Assembly: GCF_006345805.1 (NCBI RefSeq)
Contig: NW_021823618.1
Span: forward strand, 1-21,974
Length of the DNA stretch: 21,974 nucleotides
Source: Octopus sinensis
Taxonomy: Eukaryota
Reading direction: 5' to 3'
This document shows positions 9,791 through 20,549 of the stretch, in pieces (the first letter of the stretch is position 1; every line of letters begins with the position of its first letter). Under the pieces are notes generated by a model. The model ran no database searches. It was given only the letters and a program-made list of their open reading frames with translations, and had not been told where the DNA came from. The translations under genes and the position numbers were made by a program.

Positions 9791-9821
<31 letters not shown>

Positions 9822-9978
9822 CATTTTCAGACATATATACACACATCTATATCTCTACGTATATAAACAAATATGTTTAGGTGTGTAAAATCACACACAC
9901 ACACACACACGAAGAGCAAATATATTTTTTAATGACATTTATATCCTGGTTTCTCTCTTTTCCAATACATTTCTTTAG

Positions 9979-10194
9979 ACTCTGCAACTGGCCATGTCGT
10001 TGGTGGTGGAGGTCACATAGAAATCGCTTAATTGGATTGTCTCTCATCCCCAAAATAGCCATATAATGTGGCGTAAATATAATTCCGGGTCACATTTTAA
10101 TGGTCTCCAAGGAAGACTTAGTCAAATTGTTATTTTTTTAAAAGGGGACATGTGTGATGGTGGGACTGTACAGAGTGACAGGGAAGCAATTTTG
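9979..10194 (+). other. Candidate internal exon (216 nt) of an unknown plus-strand transcript
   Basis: Long pyrimidine tract ending TTTCTTTAG (AG at 9977-9978) and donor TTTG|GTATGT (GT at 10195-10196). Frame 1 is open except for one TAG at 10018-10020. No protein similarity recognised. Confidence 0.25.
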
Positions 10195-10422
10195 GTATGT
10201 GTGCATGTATATATATATGTCAGTGTGCTTATACACGTATGTGTGTGTTTGTGTGTGTACTAGCATATATATATATGACATATGTGTGTTTATTTCTGTG
10301 CACAAGCATATACACCTACACACACATACATATATATACAAGCGTACACACACATATATATGTATCAATGTGGTGTATATAGTTTTATACATATATACAT
10401 AAATGTATATATATATATATAT

Positions 10423-10831
10423 TGGCTGTGTGGTAAGTAGCTTGCTAACCAGCCACATGGTTCCGGGTTCAGTCCCAGTGCGTGGCATCTTGGGCAAGTG
10501 TCTTCTGCTATAGCCTCGGGCCGACCAAAGCCTTGTGAGTGGATTTGGTAGACGGAAACTGAAAGAAGCCCGTCGTATATATGTATATACATATATATAT
10601 ATATATATATATGTGTATGTTTGTGTGTCTGTGTCTGTCCTCCTAGCATTGCTTGACAACCGATGCTAGTGTGTTTACGTCCCCGTCACTTAGCGGTTCG
10701 GCAAAAGAGACCGATAGAATAAGTACTGGGCTTACAAAAGAATAAGTCCCGGGGTCGAGTTGCTCGATCAAAGGTGGTGCCCCAGCATGGCCGCAGTCAA
10801 ATGACTGAAACAAGTAAAAGAGTAAAGAGTA
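10423..10831 (+). mobile_element. SINE A, young copy retaining CpGs
   Basis: Near-complete head, linker and 3' module, with tail AAAGAGTAAAGAGTA. Confidence 0.9.
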
Positions 10832-11020
10832 TATATATATATATAAACAAGCACAGATATGAAAACACACATATATATATATATGATGGGCTTCTTTCAG
10901 TTTCCATCTACCAAATGCACTTACATATGTGTTTTGTGCAGGTGTTTGTTTTTCTGTATGTTAGTTTCCTGATGTAGTTTAAAATACATTTGTTTGTCAC
11001 TACATATATATATACATATA

Positions 11021-11828
11021 GGTGTAGGAGTGACTGTGTGGTAAGTAGCTTGCTTACCAACCACATGGTTCCGGGTTCAGTCCCACTGCGTGGCACCTTA
11101 GGCAAGTGTCTTCTACTATAGCCTTGGGCCGACCAAAACCTTGTGAGTGGATTTGGGAGACAGAAACTGAAAGAAGCCCGCCATATATATATATATATAC
11201 TAGCAGTATCGCCCGGCGTTGCTCAGGTTTGTAAGGGAAATAACTATAAAGCATTTTTAGAGAGTTATAGCCAAAAAATAGCAAAAAAATGGAAAAAAAT
11301 GATGGTAAATTATTTTTTTAGTTAAAAAAGGTGGAGTTGCGTCCCCTAGACAGTTTGCGGTTTGTGTTTCTAATTCTTGACCCCATGTCGAATTTATTGA
11401 TTTTTTTCAGAACTGGGGGAACTTTTCAAAATTTTCGCTGCGTTAGTTTTGAATTATGACATTGGGCTATGTGTGTGTCAAGTTTCATCAGAATCGGTTG
11501 AAAGCCGTGGTCAGGGTGAGGGTACAAGCAAACAGACACACAGAAACACGCACAGACAAACTGCCGTTTATATAGAGAGAGATGTATGTATGTACATACA
11601 TACATATACATGTGTGTATGTTTGTGTGTCTGTGTTTGTCCCCCAACATTGCTTGACAACTGATGCTGGTGTGTTTACGTCCCCGTAACTTAGCGGTTCA
11701 GCAAAAGAAGCCGATAGAATAAGTACTAGGCTTACAAAGAATAAGTCCTGGGGTCGACTAAAGGTGGTGCCCCTGCATGGCCACAGTCAAATGACTGAAA
11801 CTAGTAAAAGAGCAAAAGAGAGTAAAGA
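11021..11828 (+). mobile_element. SINE A split by a Helitron insertion
   Basis: Head at 11021-11182, Helitron at 11200-11582, 3' module from ~11610 to 11828. Confidence 0.88.
11200..11582 (-). mobile_element. Non-autonomous Helitron (383 bp)
   Basis: Minus strand begins TC(TCTCTCTATATAAAC), ends CCTGAGCAACGCCGGG (imperfect hairpin) ... CTAG, is inserted between A and T, and has no target-site duplication. These are canonical Helitron termini. Confidence 0.8.
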
Positions 11829-11903
11829 ATAAGAGATATAGTTATATTTTCATATATGTGTATACATGTACGCATATATGAATGTATATATCTACATATA
11901 TAT

Positions 11904-12683
11904 GTTTCGTGGCCGTTTGCCAGCTCTGTCTGGCCCCCGTGTTGGTGGCACGTAAAAGCACCATCCATTTGTGTCCGTTGCCAGCCTCGCCTGGCTCCCG
12001 TGCCGGTGATACGTAAATGCACCATCCGTTTCGTGGCTGTTTGCCAGCTCTGTCTGGCCCCCATGTTGGTGGCATGTAAAAGCACCATCCGTTCGTGTCC
12101 GTTGCCAGCCTCGCCTGGCCCCCGTGCCGGTGATACGTAAATGCACCATCCGTTTCGTGGCCGTTTGCCAGTTCTGTCTGGCCCCCATGTTGGTGGCACG
12201 TAAAAGCACCATCCGTTCGTGTCCGTTGCCAGCCTCGCCTGGCCCCCGTGCCGGTGATACGTAAAAGCACCATCCGTTTCGTGGCCGTTTGCCAGCTCTG
12301 TCTGGCCCCCGTGTTGGTGGCACGTAAAAGCACCATCCGTTCGTGTCTGTTGCCAGCCTCGCCTGGCCCCCGTGCCGGTGACACGTAAAAGCACCATCCG
12401 TTTCGTGGCCGTTTGCCAGTTCTGTCTGGCCCCCGTGTTGGTGGCACGTAAAAGCACCATCCGTTCGTGTCCGTTGCCAGCCTCGCCTGGCCCCCGTGCC
12501 AGTGGCACGTAAAAAGCACCCACTACACTCACGGAGTGGTTGGCGTTAGGAAGGGCATCCTGCCGTAGAAACACTGCCAGATCTGACTGGGCCTGATGAA
12601 GTCTTCCAGCTTCACAGACCCCAGTTGAACCGTCCAACCCATGCTAGCATGGAGAACGGGCGCTAAATGATGATGATGATGAT
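11904..12683 (+). mobile_element. RTE LINE 3' end whose UTR repeat is amplified into 5 x 124-bp dimers
   Basis: Dimer starts at 11904, 12028, 12152, 12276 and 12400, followed by the standard terminal segment and (GAT)n. Confidence 0.88.
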
Positions 12684-12760
12684 ATATATATAAATGAAAC
12701 AAAAATGCGATAGAGGACATGAAAACAATCGGACAGATAGATGATACAAAGACAGACAAG

Positions 12761-13170
12761 AGAAATAAGAAACGTTAGCACGCCGGGCGAAAGGCTTAGC
12801 GGTATTTCGTCTGCCTGTACATTCTGAGTTCAAATTTGACCGTGGTCAACTTTATGGCATCCCTTCGGTGTCGATAAATTAAGTACCAGTTACGCACTGG
12901 GGTCGATGTAATCGACTTAATTCCTTTGTCTGTCGTTGTTTGTCCCCTTTATGTTTAGCTCCTTGTGGGCAATAAAGAAATAAGAAACATTTGCGAAAGG
13001 CTTAGTGGTATTTCATCTCAAATTCCACTGAGGTCAACTTTGCCTTTCATCCTTTCAGGGTCAGTGAATTAAGTACCAGTTATGCACAGGGGTCGATGTA
13101 ATCGACTTGCTCTGTCCTTGTTTGTCCCCTCTATGTTTAGCCCCTTGTGGGCAATAAAGAAATAAGAAAC
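12761..13170 (+). mobile_element. SINE B dimer
   Basis: Two units delimited by AGAAATAAGAAAC at ~12761, ~12977 and ~13158. Confidence 0.85.
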
Positions 13171-13319
13171 ACCTGTTGTGAATTTTAAACCCTACTTGTG
13201 TTCTTTTTTTAAATACACCACACCTGGAACCAACCCGGGGTCAGATCTACAGTTTATATTGGATTTGGTTTGTGTGTATATATGTATACACATACATACA
13301 CACATCTGCAGTATACTAT

Positions 13320-13855
13320 CAACAGGAAGTAAAAAAGAAAAGAGGAGAGGAAAAGGAATAAGAGAAAAAGGAAACAGTAAGAAAAGAAAAAGAAAGAAGA
13401 AAGGAAAAAGAAAAAAGAAGAGATGAGAGAAAAGAAACTGAAAAAGAAAAAATAGAAAAGAAAATGGATAAAAAAAGTAAAAGGGAATAAAAGTCAAAAA
13501 AGAAGGAAGAGAAAAGATAAGAAAAGGGAAAAAATGGAAGAAAAAGGAGAAAGGAAAAAAGAAGAAAGGAAAATAAATAAATAAAAAAGGGGAATGAAAA
13601 TAGAAAATAAAAGAGAATAAGAAAAGAAAAAAACAAAAGAAAAAGGAAAGAAAAAGAACAATGAAATAAAGTAAAAAATAGAAAAGAAATTAAAAAACAA
13701 AGTAATAAAAGCAGTAAAATAAAACAAAAATGAAGCAAAGATGAAAGTAAAAAGAAAACGAAAAAGATAAGAACAAAATGAAAAATAAGACAAAAGAATA
13801 TGAAAATAAAAACAAGAAAAACAAACAACAAAGAAAAAGAGAAAAAAAGAAAACC
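13320..13855. repeat. A/G-rich polypurine low-complexity tract
   Basis: Directly visible; source of the F/L/S-rich minus-strand ORFs. Confidence 0.92.
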
Positions 13856-13964
13856 TTTTGTCTTCTCAGAAGCTGACTTTCTTTGAGAATGATGCTCTTG
13901 TAGATGGCAGCCTTTCTCTTTGGGACAACTTTGTAGTATATGGCTTGTATTTTGGATATGGGTG

Positions 13965-14290
13965 TCATCATCATCATCATCATCATCGTTTAACGTCCGT
14001 TCTCCATGCTAGCATGGGTTGGACGGTTCGACCGGGGTTCTGGGAAGCCAGAAGGCTGCACCAGGCTCCAGTCTGATCTGGCAGTGTTTCTACAGCTGGA
14101 TGCCCTTCCTAACGCCAACCACTCCGTGAGTGTAGTGGGTGCTTTTTACGTGCCACCTGCACAGGTGCCAGGCGAGGCTGGCAACGGCCACGGTCGGATT
14201 GGTGTATTTTATGTGCCACCGGCACGGAAGCCAGACGAGGCGGTGCTGGCATCGGCCACGAGTCGGATGGTGCTTTTTACGTACCACCAG
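13965..14290 (-). mobile_element. RTE LINE 3' end with (GAT)n tail
   Basis: (CAT)n followed by CGTTTAACGTCCGTTCTCCATGCTAGCATGGGTTGG, the reverse complement of the copies at 270-744 and 11904-12683. Confidence 0.88.
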
Positions 14291-14325
14291 ACCAGGGATC
14301 CTGGCTGGTTCAATTCGATTTATAT

Positions 14326-14999
14326 GTCATTATTCAGTTTGTTTCAAGGTTTTTGGCCAACAGAGAAAGAACTGGTTTCTAACCTAGATCCAAGGCTCCT
14401 TCATTGGAATTTCAACATCAACAACATGGTATTAACGTTTGTATGTATGTATGTATGGATGTATTTATTTATGTATCTATGTATGTATGTATGTATGTAT
14501 GCATTCATGATTGCATGTATGCATGTATGTATGTATATATGCATGTATGTATGTATGTATGCATGCATGTATGTATGCATGCATGTATGTATGTAAGTAT
14601 GTATGTATGTATGTATGTATGTATCTAAGTATGTATGTAAGTATGTATGTATGTTTGTATGTATATATGCATGTATGTATGTATATGTATGTATGTATAT
14701 ATGCATGTATGTATGTATGCATGCATGCATGTATGTATGTATCTATGTAAGTATGTATGTATGTATGTATGTGCAGATTTGTATATTTTTATGTATGTAT
14801 TCTTATGTATATAGTTACATATCTAGACATGCTCATACATATATATGTATGTATGTATGTATGTATGTGTGTATGTATGTAATTATTCAGATTTCAAGAT
14901 TTCTCGCCAATAGAGAAGGAACCGGTTTCTGACCTAGGTCCAAGGTTCCTTCATTGGCATTTTAACATCAACAACAGGGTATTTTTGTATGTACGCATG

Positions 15000-15030
<31 letters not shown>

Positions 15031-15350
15031 GTATGTATGCATGCATGCATGCATGTATGTATGTATGCATGCATGTATGTATATATGTATGCGTGTATGT
15101 ATATATGTATGCATGTATGTATATATATATATAATCCGTATGTATGTATGCATCTATGCATGTATATATGTATGTATATATGCATGTATGTAAGTATGTA
15201 TGCATGTATGTATGTATGTATGTATGTATGCATGCATGTATGTATATATGTATGTATGCATGCATGCATGCATATATGTAGGAATGCAAGTATGTATGCA
15301 TATATGTATGTATGCATGCATGTATGTGCAGATTTGTATGTATGTATGTG
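14326..15350 (-). repeat. Chain (ACAT)n - E - (ACAT)n - E
   Basis: Unit E at 14326-14433 and 14879-14986. (TATG)n/(TGCA) arrays at 14438-14880 and 14987-15350. Confidence 0.85.
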
Positions 15351-15366
15351 TGTGTGTGTGTATAAC

Positions 15367-15755
15367 TGTCTTTTTCTTGTTTCAGTCATTAGACTGTGGT
15401 CATGCAGGGGCACCACCTTGAAGTATTTTAGTCAAATGAATCCATCACCAGACCTAATTTTTTTAAAGCTTGGTACCTATTGTATTGATCTCCTTTGCCA
15501 GACTGCTAAGTTGTAGGGACATATACGCACCAACATCAACTGCCAAGTGGTAGTGTGTGACAAGCACAGATACGAAAACACACATACATATATATATATA
15601 TGATGGGCTTCTTTCAGTTTCCATCTACCAAATGCACTTACATGTCTTTGGCCAGCCCGAGGCTCGAGTAGAAAACATCTGCCCAAGGTGCCATGCCGTG
15701 GGACTGAACCCAGAACCATGTGGTTAAGAAGCAAACTTCTTACCATGCTGCCCAC
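15367..15755 (-). mobile_element. Older SINE A copy (variant 3' module)
   Basis: Reverse complement of SINE A with many CpG transitions. Confidence 0.8.
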
Positions 15756-15911
15756 CCTGGTGTCTTCAAGAAGACCTGTACTCCACAGCTGAAGTGTTAA
15801 TATCAGTCCCTCTGGTGGTCCCATGTAAAAATGCCCATGTGGTATCATGTAAAAGCGCCTGTGCAGTGCTATGTAAAAGCACCCATGTGGTGTCACATAA
15901 AAGTGTCTATA

Positions 15912-16298
15912 GGCATAGGAGTGGCTGTGTGGTAAGTAGCTTGCTTATGAACCACATGATTTTGAGTTCAGTCCCACTGCGTGACACCTTGGGCAAATAT
16001 CTTCTACTATAGCCTCAGGCTGGTCAAAGCCTTGTGAGCGGATTTGGTAGACAGAAACTGAAAGAAGCACATCATATACATATATATATATACATGTGTC
16101 TGTGTTTGTCCCCCCCCCCCACGTCGCTTGACAACCGATGCTGGCGTGTTTACGTCCCCGTAACTTAGCAGTTCAGCAAAAGAGACTGATAGAATAAGTA
16201 CTAGGCTTACAAAGAATAAGTCCTGGGGTTGATTTTCTTGACTAAAGGTGGTGCTCCAGTATGGCCACAGTCAAATGACTGGAACAAGTAAAAGAGTA
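15912..16298 (+). mobile_element. SINE A, full length
   Basis: GGCATAGGAGTGGCTGTGTGGTAAG head through AAGTAAAAGAGTA tail. Confidence 0.9.
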
Positions 16299-16907
16299 AT
16301 GAAAGTCAAAGTCGACTTTGGCGAAATTTGAACCCAAAACATAAAGGCAGACAAAATACCTATTTCTTTACTACCTACAAGGGGCTAAACATAGAGGGGA
16401 CAAACACGGACAGACAAACAGATTAAGTCGATTATATCGACCCCAGTGTGTAACTGGTAATTATTTAATCGACCCCGAAAGGATGAAAGGCAAAGTCGAC
16501 CTCGGCGTAATTTGAACTCAGAACGTAATGGCAGACGAAATACCACTAAGCATTTCGCCCGGCATGCTAACGATTCTGCCAGCTGTTGTTGTTGTTGTTT
16601 AGCAACAAGAGGGGCAAGGGTGATTAGGTGATGGTCTAGGGCTTAGGGGCGGGAGACCCCCAGACCTTGGGAAAAAAATAACAAACTTTGGTCGTCTTGT
16701 TGTAGTCGAGAGCTCTTCGTTGACGCCCGCCACCACTTGGAGGTGGCCCTCAAAGTCGCTGGAAATGGAGATCTCAGTGGAATTTGAACTCAGAATGTAG
16801 CGGCAGACGAAATACTTATTTCTTTACTACCCACAAAGGGCTAAACACAGAGGGGACAAACAAGGACAGACAAATTCTTGGATGGCTTTCTGCCAGCTTG
16901 CCGCCTT
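16299..16907 (-). mobile_element. SINE B multimer fragments interrupted by a ~190-bp unrelated segment
   Basis: SINE B at 16299-16584 and 16774-16907 (head AAGGCGGCAAGCTGGCAGAA at 16907). Foreign sequence lies at 16585-16775. Confidence 0.78.
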
Positions 16908-16912
16908 AAGGG

Positions 16913-17274
16913 GTCTTGTTTCATCAGAGCAATGCTCCAGCACAAAAGTCCTAGGTTTCAATGACTTCTGTGCATGACTTTGTCCTTGAACTGGTTGACC
17001 ACTCTCGCTATTCTCCTGACTTGGCCCTGTCTGACTATCATTTATGAAAAAACACTAGGCTGGCTGAGAACCAATGTCACGGTGATGCTGACATTGTAGA
17101 TGCCGCTGATGACTTTATTTGACAAACAGTATGAAAGCTTCTTCACCAATGGGAGCCAAGCACTGCAACAAGAATGGTAAAAGCTTGTGGAATATGTTGG
17201 AAATGAAACTTCATTTAGTCACATTCCAAGAGAGTATCTTAGTCAGCCTATGAATATTTCAGCCACCCTTCGTA
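16913..17274 (+). pseudogene. Mariner transposase 3' remnant with right TIR
   Basis: Translates VLFHQSNAPAQKS*VSMTSVHDFVLELVDHSRYSPDLALSDYHL, matching the mariner LHDNAP and YSPDLAPSD motifs. Frameshifted C-terminal segment ...FFTNGSQALQQEW*K follows, then the TIR-like end CTATGAATATTTCAGCCACCCTTCG+TA. Confidence 0.88.
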
Positions 17275-17289
17275 TTTATAAATGAATAC

Positions 17290-17765
17290 ATTTCAAGACA
17301 CAATACAGAAACACACACGCACACATATATATATCTGTACACGCATTCTACACATACAGGTGTGTGTATGTTTGTGTGTATATATGAATATACACACCAC
17401 ACACACACACATATATATATATATGTTTGTATGTATGTACATACATATACAGATATTCATGTATGTATATTCTTATACATAGACGTTTCTATAAATTCAC
17501 AAAAGTACAGAAACATAAATAGATATATGCATATATGCATATATATATATATATATATATATAACACATACATATATATATATATAAATACATATATACA
17601 TAGATATATATATATACATAGATATATATATACATACATATATATATATATACATACATACATATATACATACATATATATATATACATACATATATATA
17701 TACATACATATATATATGTATACATACATATATATACTAATATTTATACATACATATATACATAC

Positions 17766-17816
<51 letters not shown>

Positions 17817-18243
17817 CATACATATATATATACATACATATATATTCACATATATATATATATATATATAATAGATATATATATATATATGTTACACACA
17901 CACATATATATATATATATTTATATAGACCTACACACATGTACAGATATATATTAGTGTCTGTGTCTGTAGCAGAATACAAGAACACTTCTATTTCTTTT
18001 GTCAGACATTTCCATGTAACAATAATGCTTCCTTAAGGCAAAAGGTGCCGATAATGCGTTTTTATACTATTTCAGCCGGTTTTTAGGAATTTTCCATTTT
18101 TGGAGCCTTCATTCATACCTACACACTTTGCCTGTGTGCATATATATATATATACATACACACACACATATATAGATAGATATGTGCAAATACAAGTCTC
18201 TCTCTCTCTCTCTCTCTCCATATATATATGTATATATATATTA

Positions 18244-18288
<45 letters not shown>

Positions 18289-18467
18289 ATGTGTATGTGT
18301 ATTCTCAAGTTGATTCAATTAGATTTTTGCCTCTTTCCAGTACTGTTATGTTAAAAGGATTAGATTTTCAATAATTGCCACTGCAAAAGGCTTGAAATGT
18401 CATGAATTTTATGTTTATATGTGTGTGATTATGTATGTAAGTGTGCGTGTGTGTGTGTGAGTTTGTG

Positions 18468-18515
<48 letters not shown>

Positions 18516-19067
18516 CACGCACATACAAGTTCAATAATATATTATTTATACATTTGTATATATGGGCAGGTATTCATAGATATGTATTATACATATTCAT
18601 AATGGCAAATAATATATATACATACATACATACATACATACATACATAACATACATACATACATAACATACATATATATATATATATTATATATATATAT
18701 ATAATATATATATAATATAGATAGATACATACATAGATATATAGATAGATACATACATAGATATATAGATAGATACATACATAGATCATAGATAGATACA
18801 TATATATTAGATAGATACATACATAGATACATAGATAGATACATATATATATACACACCACAAACCAACACACATTATATATATCTATATATAATATATA
18901 TATATATGTGTGTGTGTATATATATATTATACAATATATATATATATACACATACATACATTACACATATGTATACATGTACATATATGTATGTGTATAT
19001 ATATGTGTCTGTGTGTGTACATGTGCTTATATAGATATCTATAGATATATGCATATGTGTGTGTATG

Positions 19068-19140
<73 letters not shown>
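17290..19140. repeat. Long compound (TA)n/(CATA)n/(GATA)n/(GA)n microsatellite region with two short unique islands
   Basis: Directly visible. Unique islands at ~17950-18130 and ~18300-18420. Confidence 0.93.
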
Positions 19141-19290
19141 GATATACGATACTAGTACAGTGTAACAGCACTTAGGAACTACATCACCATTATGTATTGA
19201 AGATTGTTTGACAAGCACGTATTGTTTGCGATGTAGAGCTATAGCTCTATACAGCTAGGCTGGATGGCTTATGGGAAAAATAGACATAAG

Positions 19291-19990
19291 TCATCAACAT
19301 CGTCATCGTCATCATCTGTTAATGTCTGAGTTTCGTATTGACTTGAGTGGGATGACTTGGCAGAATGTTATTTCTTTATTGCCCACAAGGGGCTAAGCAT
19401 AGAAGGGACAGACAAAGAGATTAAGTCGATTACATCGACCCCAGTGTGTAACTGGTACTTATTTAATCGACCCTGAAAGGATGAAAGGTAACGTTGACTT
19501 CGGCGGAATTTGAACTCAGAACGTAACGGCAGATGAAATACCTATTTCTTTCCTACCCACAAGGGGCTAAACACAGAGAGGGCAAACAAGGACAGACAAA
19601 CGGATTAAGTCGATTATATCAACCCCAGGGCGTAACTGGTACTTATTTAATTGACCCCGAAAGGATGAAAGGCAAAGTGGACCTCGGGACAATTTGAACT
19701 CAGAATGTAACGGCAGACAAAATACTTATTTCTTTCCTACCCACAAGGGGTTAAACACAGAGAGGACAAACAAGGACAGACAAACGGATTAAATCGATTA
19801 TATCGACCCCAGTGCGTAACTGGTACTTATTTAATCGACCCCGAAAGGATGAAAGGCTAAGTCGACCTTGGCAAGAATCTGATGCGTCTAAGTGCAATAT
19901 CATGCTCCAGTGTCTATTCTGGCATGGTTTCTCCGGCTTGATGCCCTTCTTAGTGGGTGCTTTTTTTATTGTGCCACCTGCACTGTTGAG
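19291..19990 (-). mobile_element. Decayed RTE 3' end hosting a nested SINE B multimer
   Basis: Degenerate (CAT)n tail at 19291-19320. RTE-like sequence resumes after the SINE at 19875-19990 (GATGCCCTTC...GTGGGTGCTTTTT...GTGCCACC). Confidence 0.6.
19369..19873 (-). mobile_element. SINE B trimer
   Basis: Junctions at 19542/19543 and 19726/19727 are the same type as in 3272-4050. Confidence 0.87.
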
Positions 19991-20140
19991 GATGTCACAC
20001 AACTTGCAGAGAAGTAGGGGCTGGTTGGCTTTGTGTTAGTGGATGAAGAGGGTGAAATGTTAGGGGCAGTGCAGGGTCTTGTACTCACATCTCGTCGTGT
20101 GTGTGTTTTTGTTGTGCATGTAAATATTCTTTTTTTTTAA

Positions 20141-20545
20141 TACTTGTTTCAGTCACTTGACTGCGGCCATGCTGGAGCACCACCTTTAGTCAAGCAGATC
20201 GACCCCAGGACTTATTCTTTGTAAGCCTAGTACTTATTTTATCAGAATCTTTTGCCAAACTGCTAAGTTACGGGGAACGTAAACACACCAGCATCGGTTG
20301 TCAAGCAATGTTGGGTGGGATAAATACAGGCACACAAGCATACCCACACACACACACGTATATATATATATATACATATATACGATGGGCTTCTTTCAGT
20401 TTCCGTCTATCAAATCCACTTACAAGGCTTTGGTTGGCCCGAGGCTACAGTAGAAGACACTTGCCCAAGATGCCACGTAGTGAAACTGAACTCGGAACCA
20501 TGTGGTTTGTCAGAAAGCTACTTACCACACAACCACTCCTACACC
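20141..20545 (-). mobile_element. SINE A, full length, starting 4 nt after the U6 copy
   Basis: Minus-strand head GGTGTAGGAGTGGTTGTGTGGTAAG at 20545; tail GAAACAAGTA plus A-run near 20141. Confidence 0.9.
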
Positions 20546-20549
20546 TATT

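Noticed and set aside
11904-12520. CRISPR-like appearance of the regularly spaced repeat
   Set aside because: There are no unique spacers, the array is embedded in a LINE 3' UTR in eukaryotic DNA, and there are no cas genes.
11801-12637. 278-, 225- and 143-aa repetitive ORFs
   Set aside because: They arise from the GC-rich 124-bp array. The same peptide blocks cycle through all three frames because 124 is not a multiple of 3.
13870-13961. Possible plus-strand exon (KLTFFENDALVDGSLSLWDNFVVYGLYFGY)
   Set aside because: The acceptor is plausible, but the donor (GTGTCA) is weak and adjoins a LINE tail, and no protein similarity is recognised.
18006-18044. Possible 39-nt plus-strand micro-exon, and another acceptor-like site near 18340
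   Set aside because: Weak donor (GTGCCG). AG after T-rich tracts is common by chance in this composition.
19234-19249. Perfect 16-bp palindrome TAGAGCTATAGCTCTA; also small hairpins at 237-260 and 21104-21133
   Set aside because: Short and isolated, with no supporting context.
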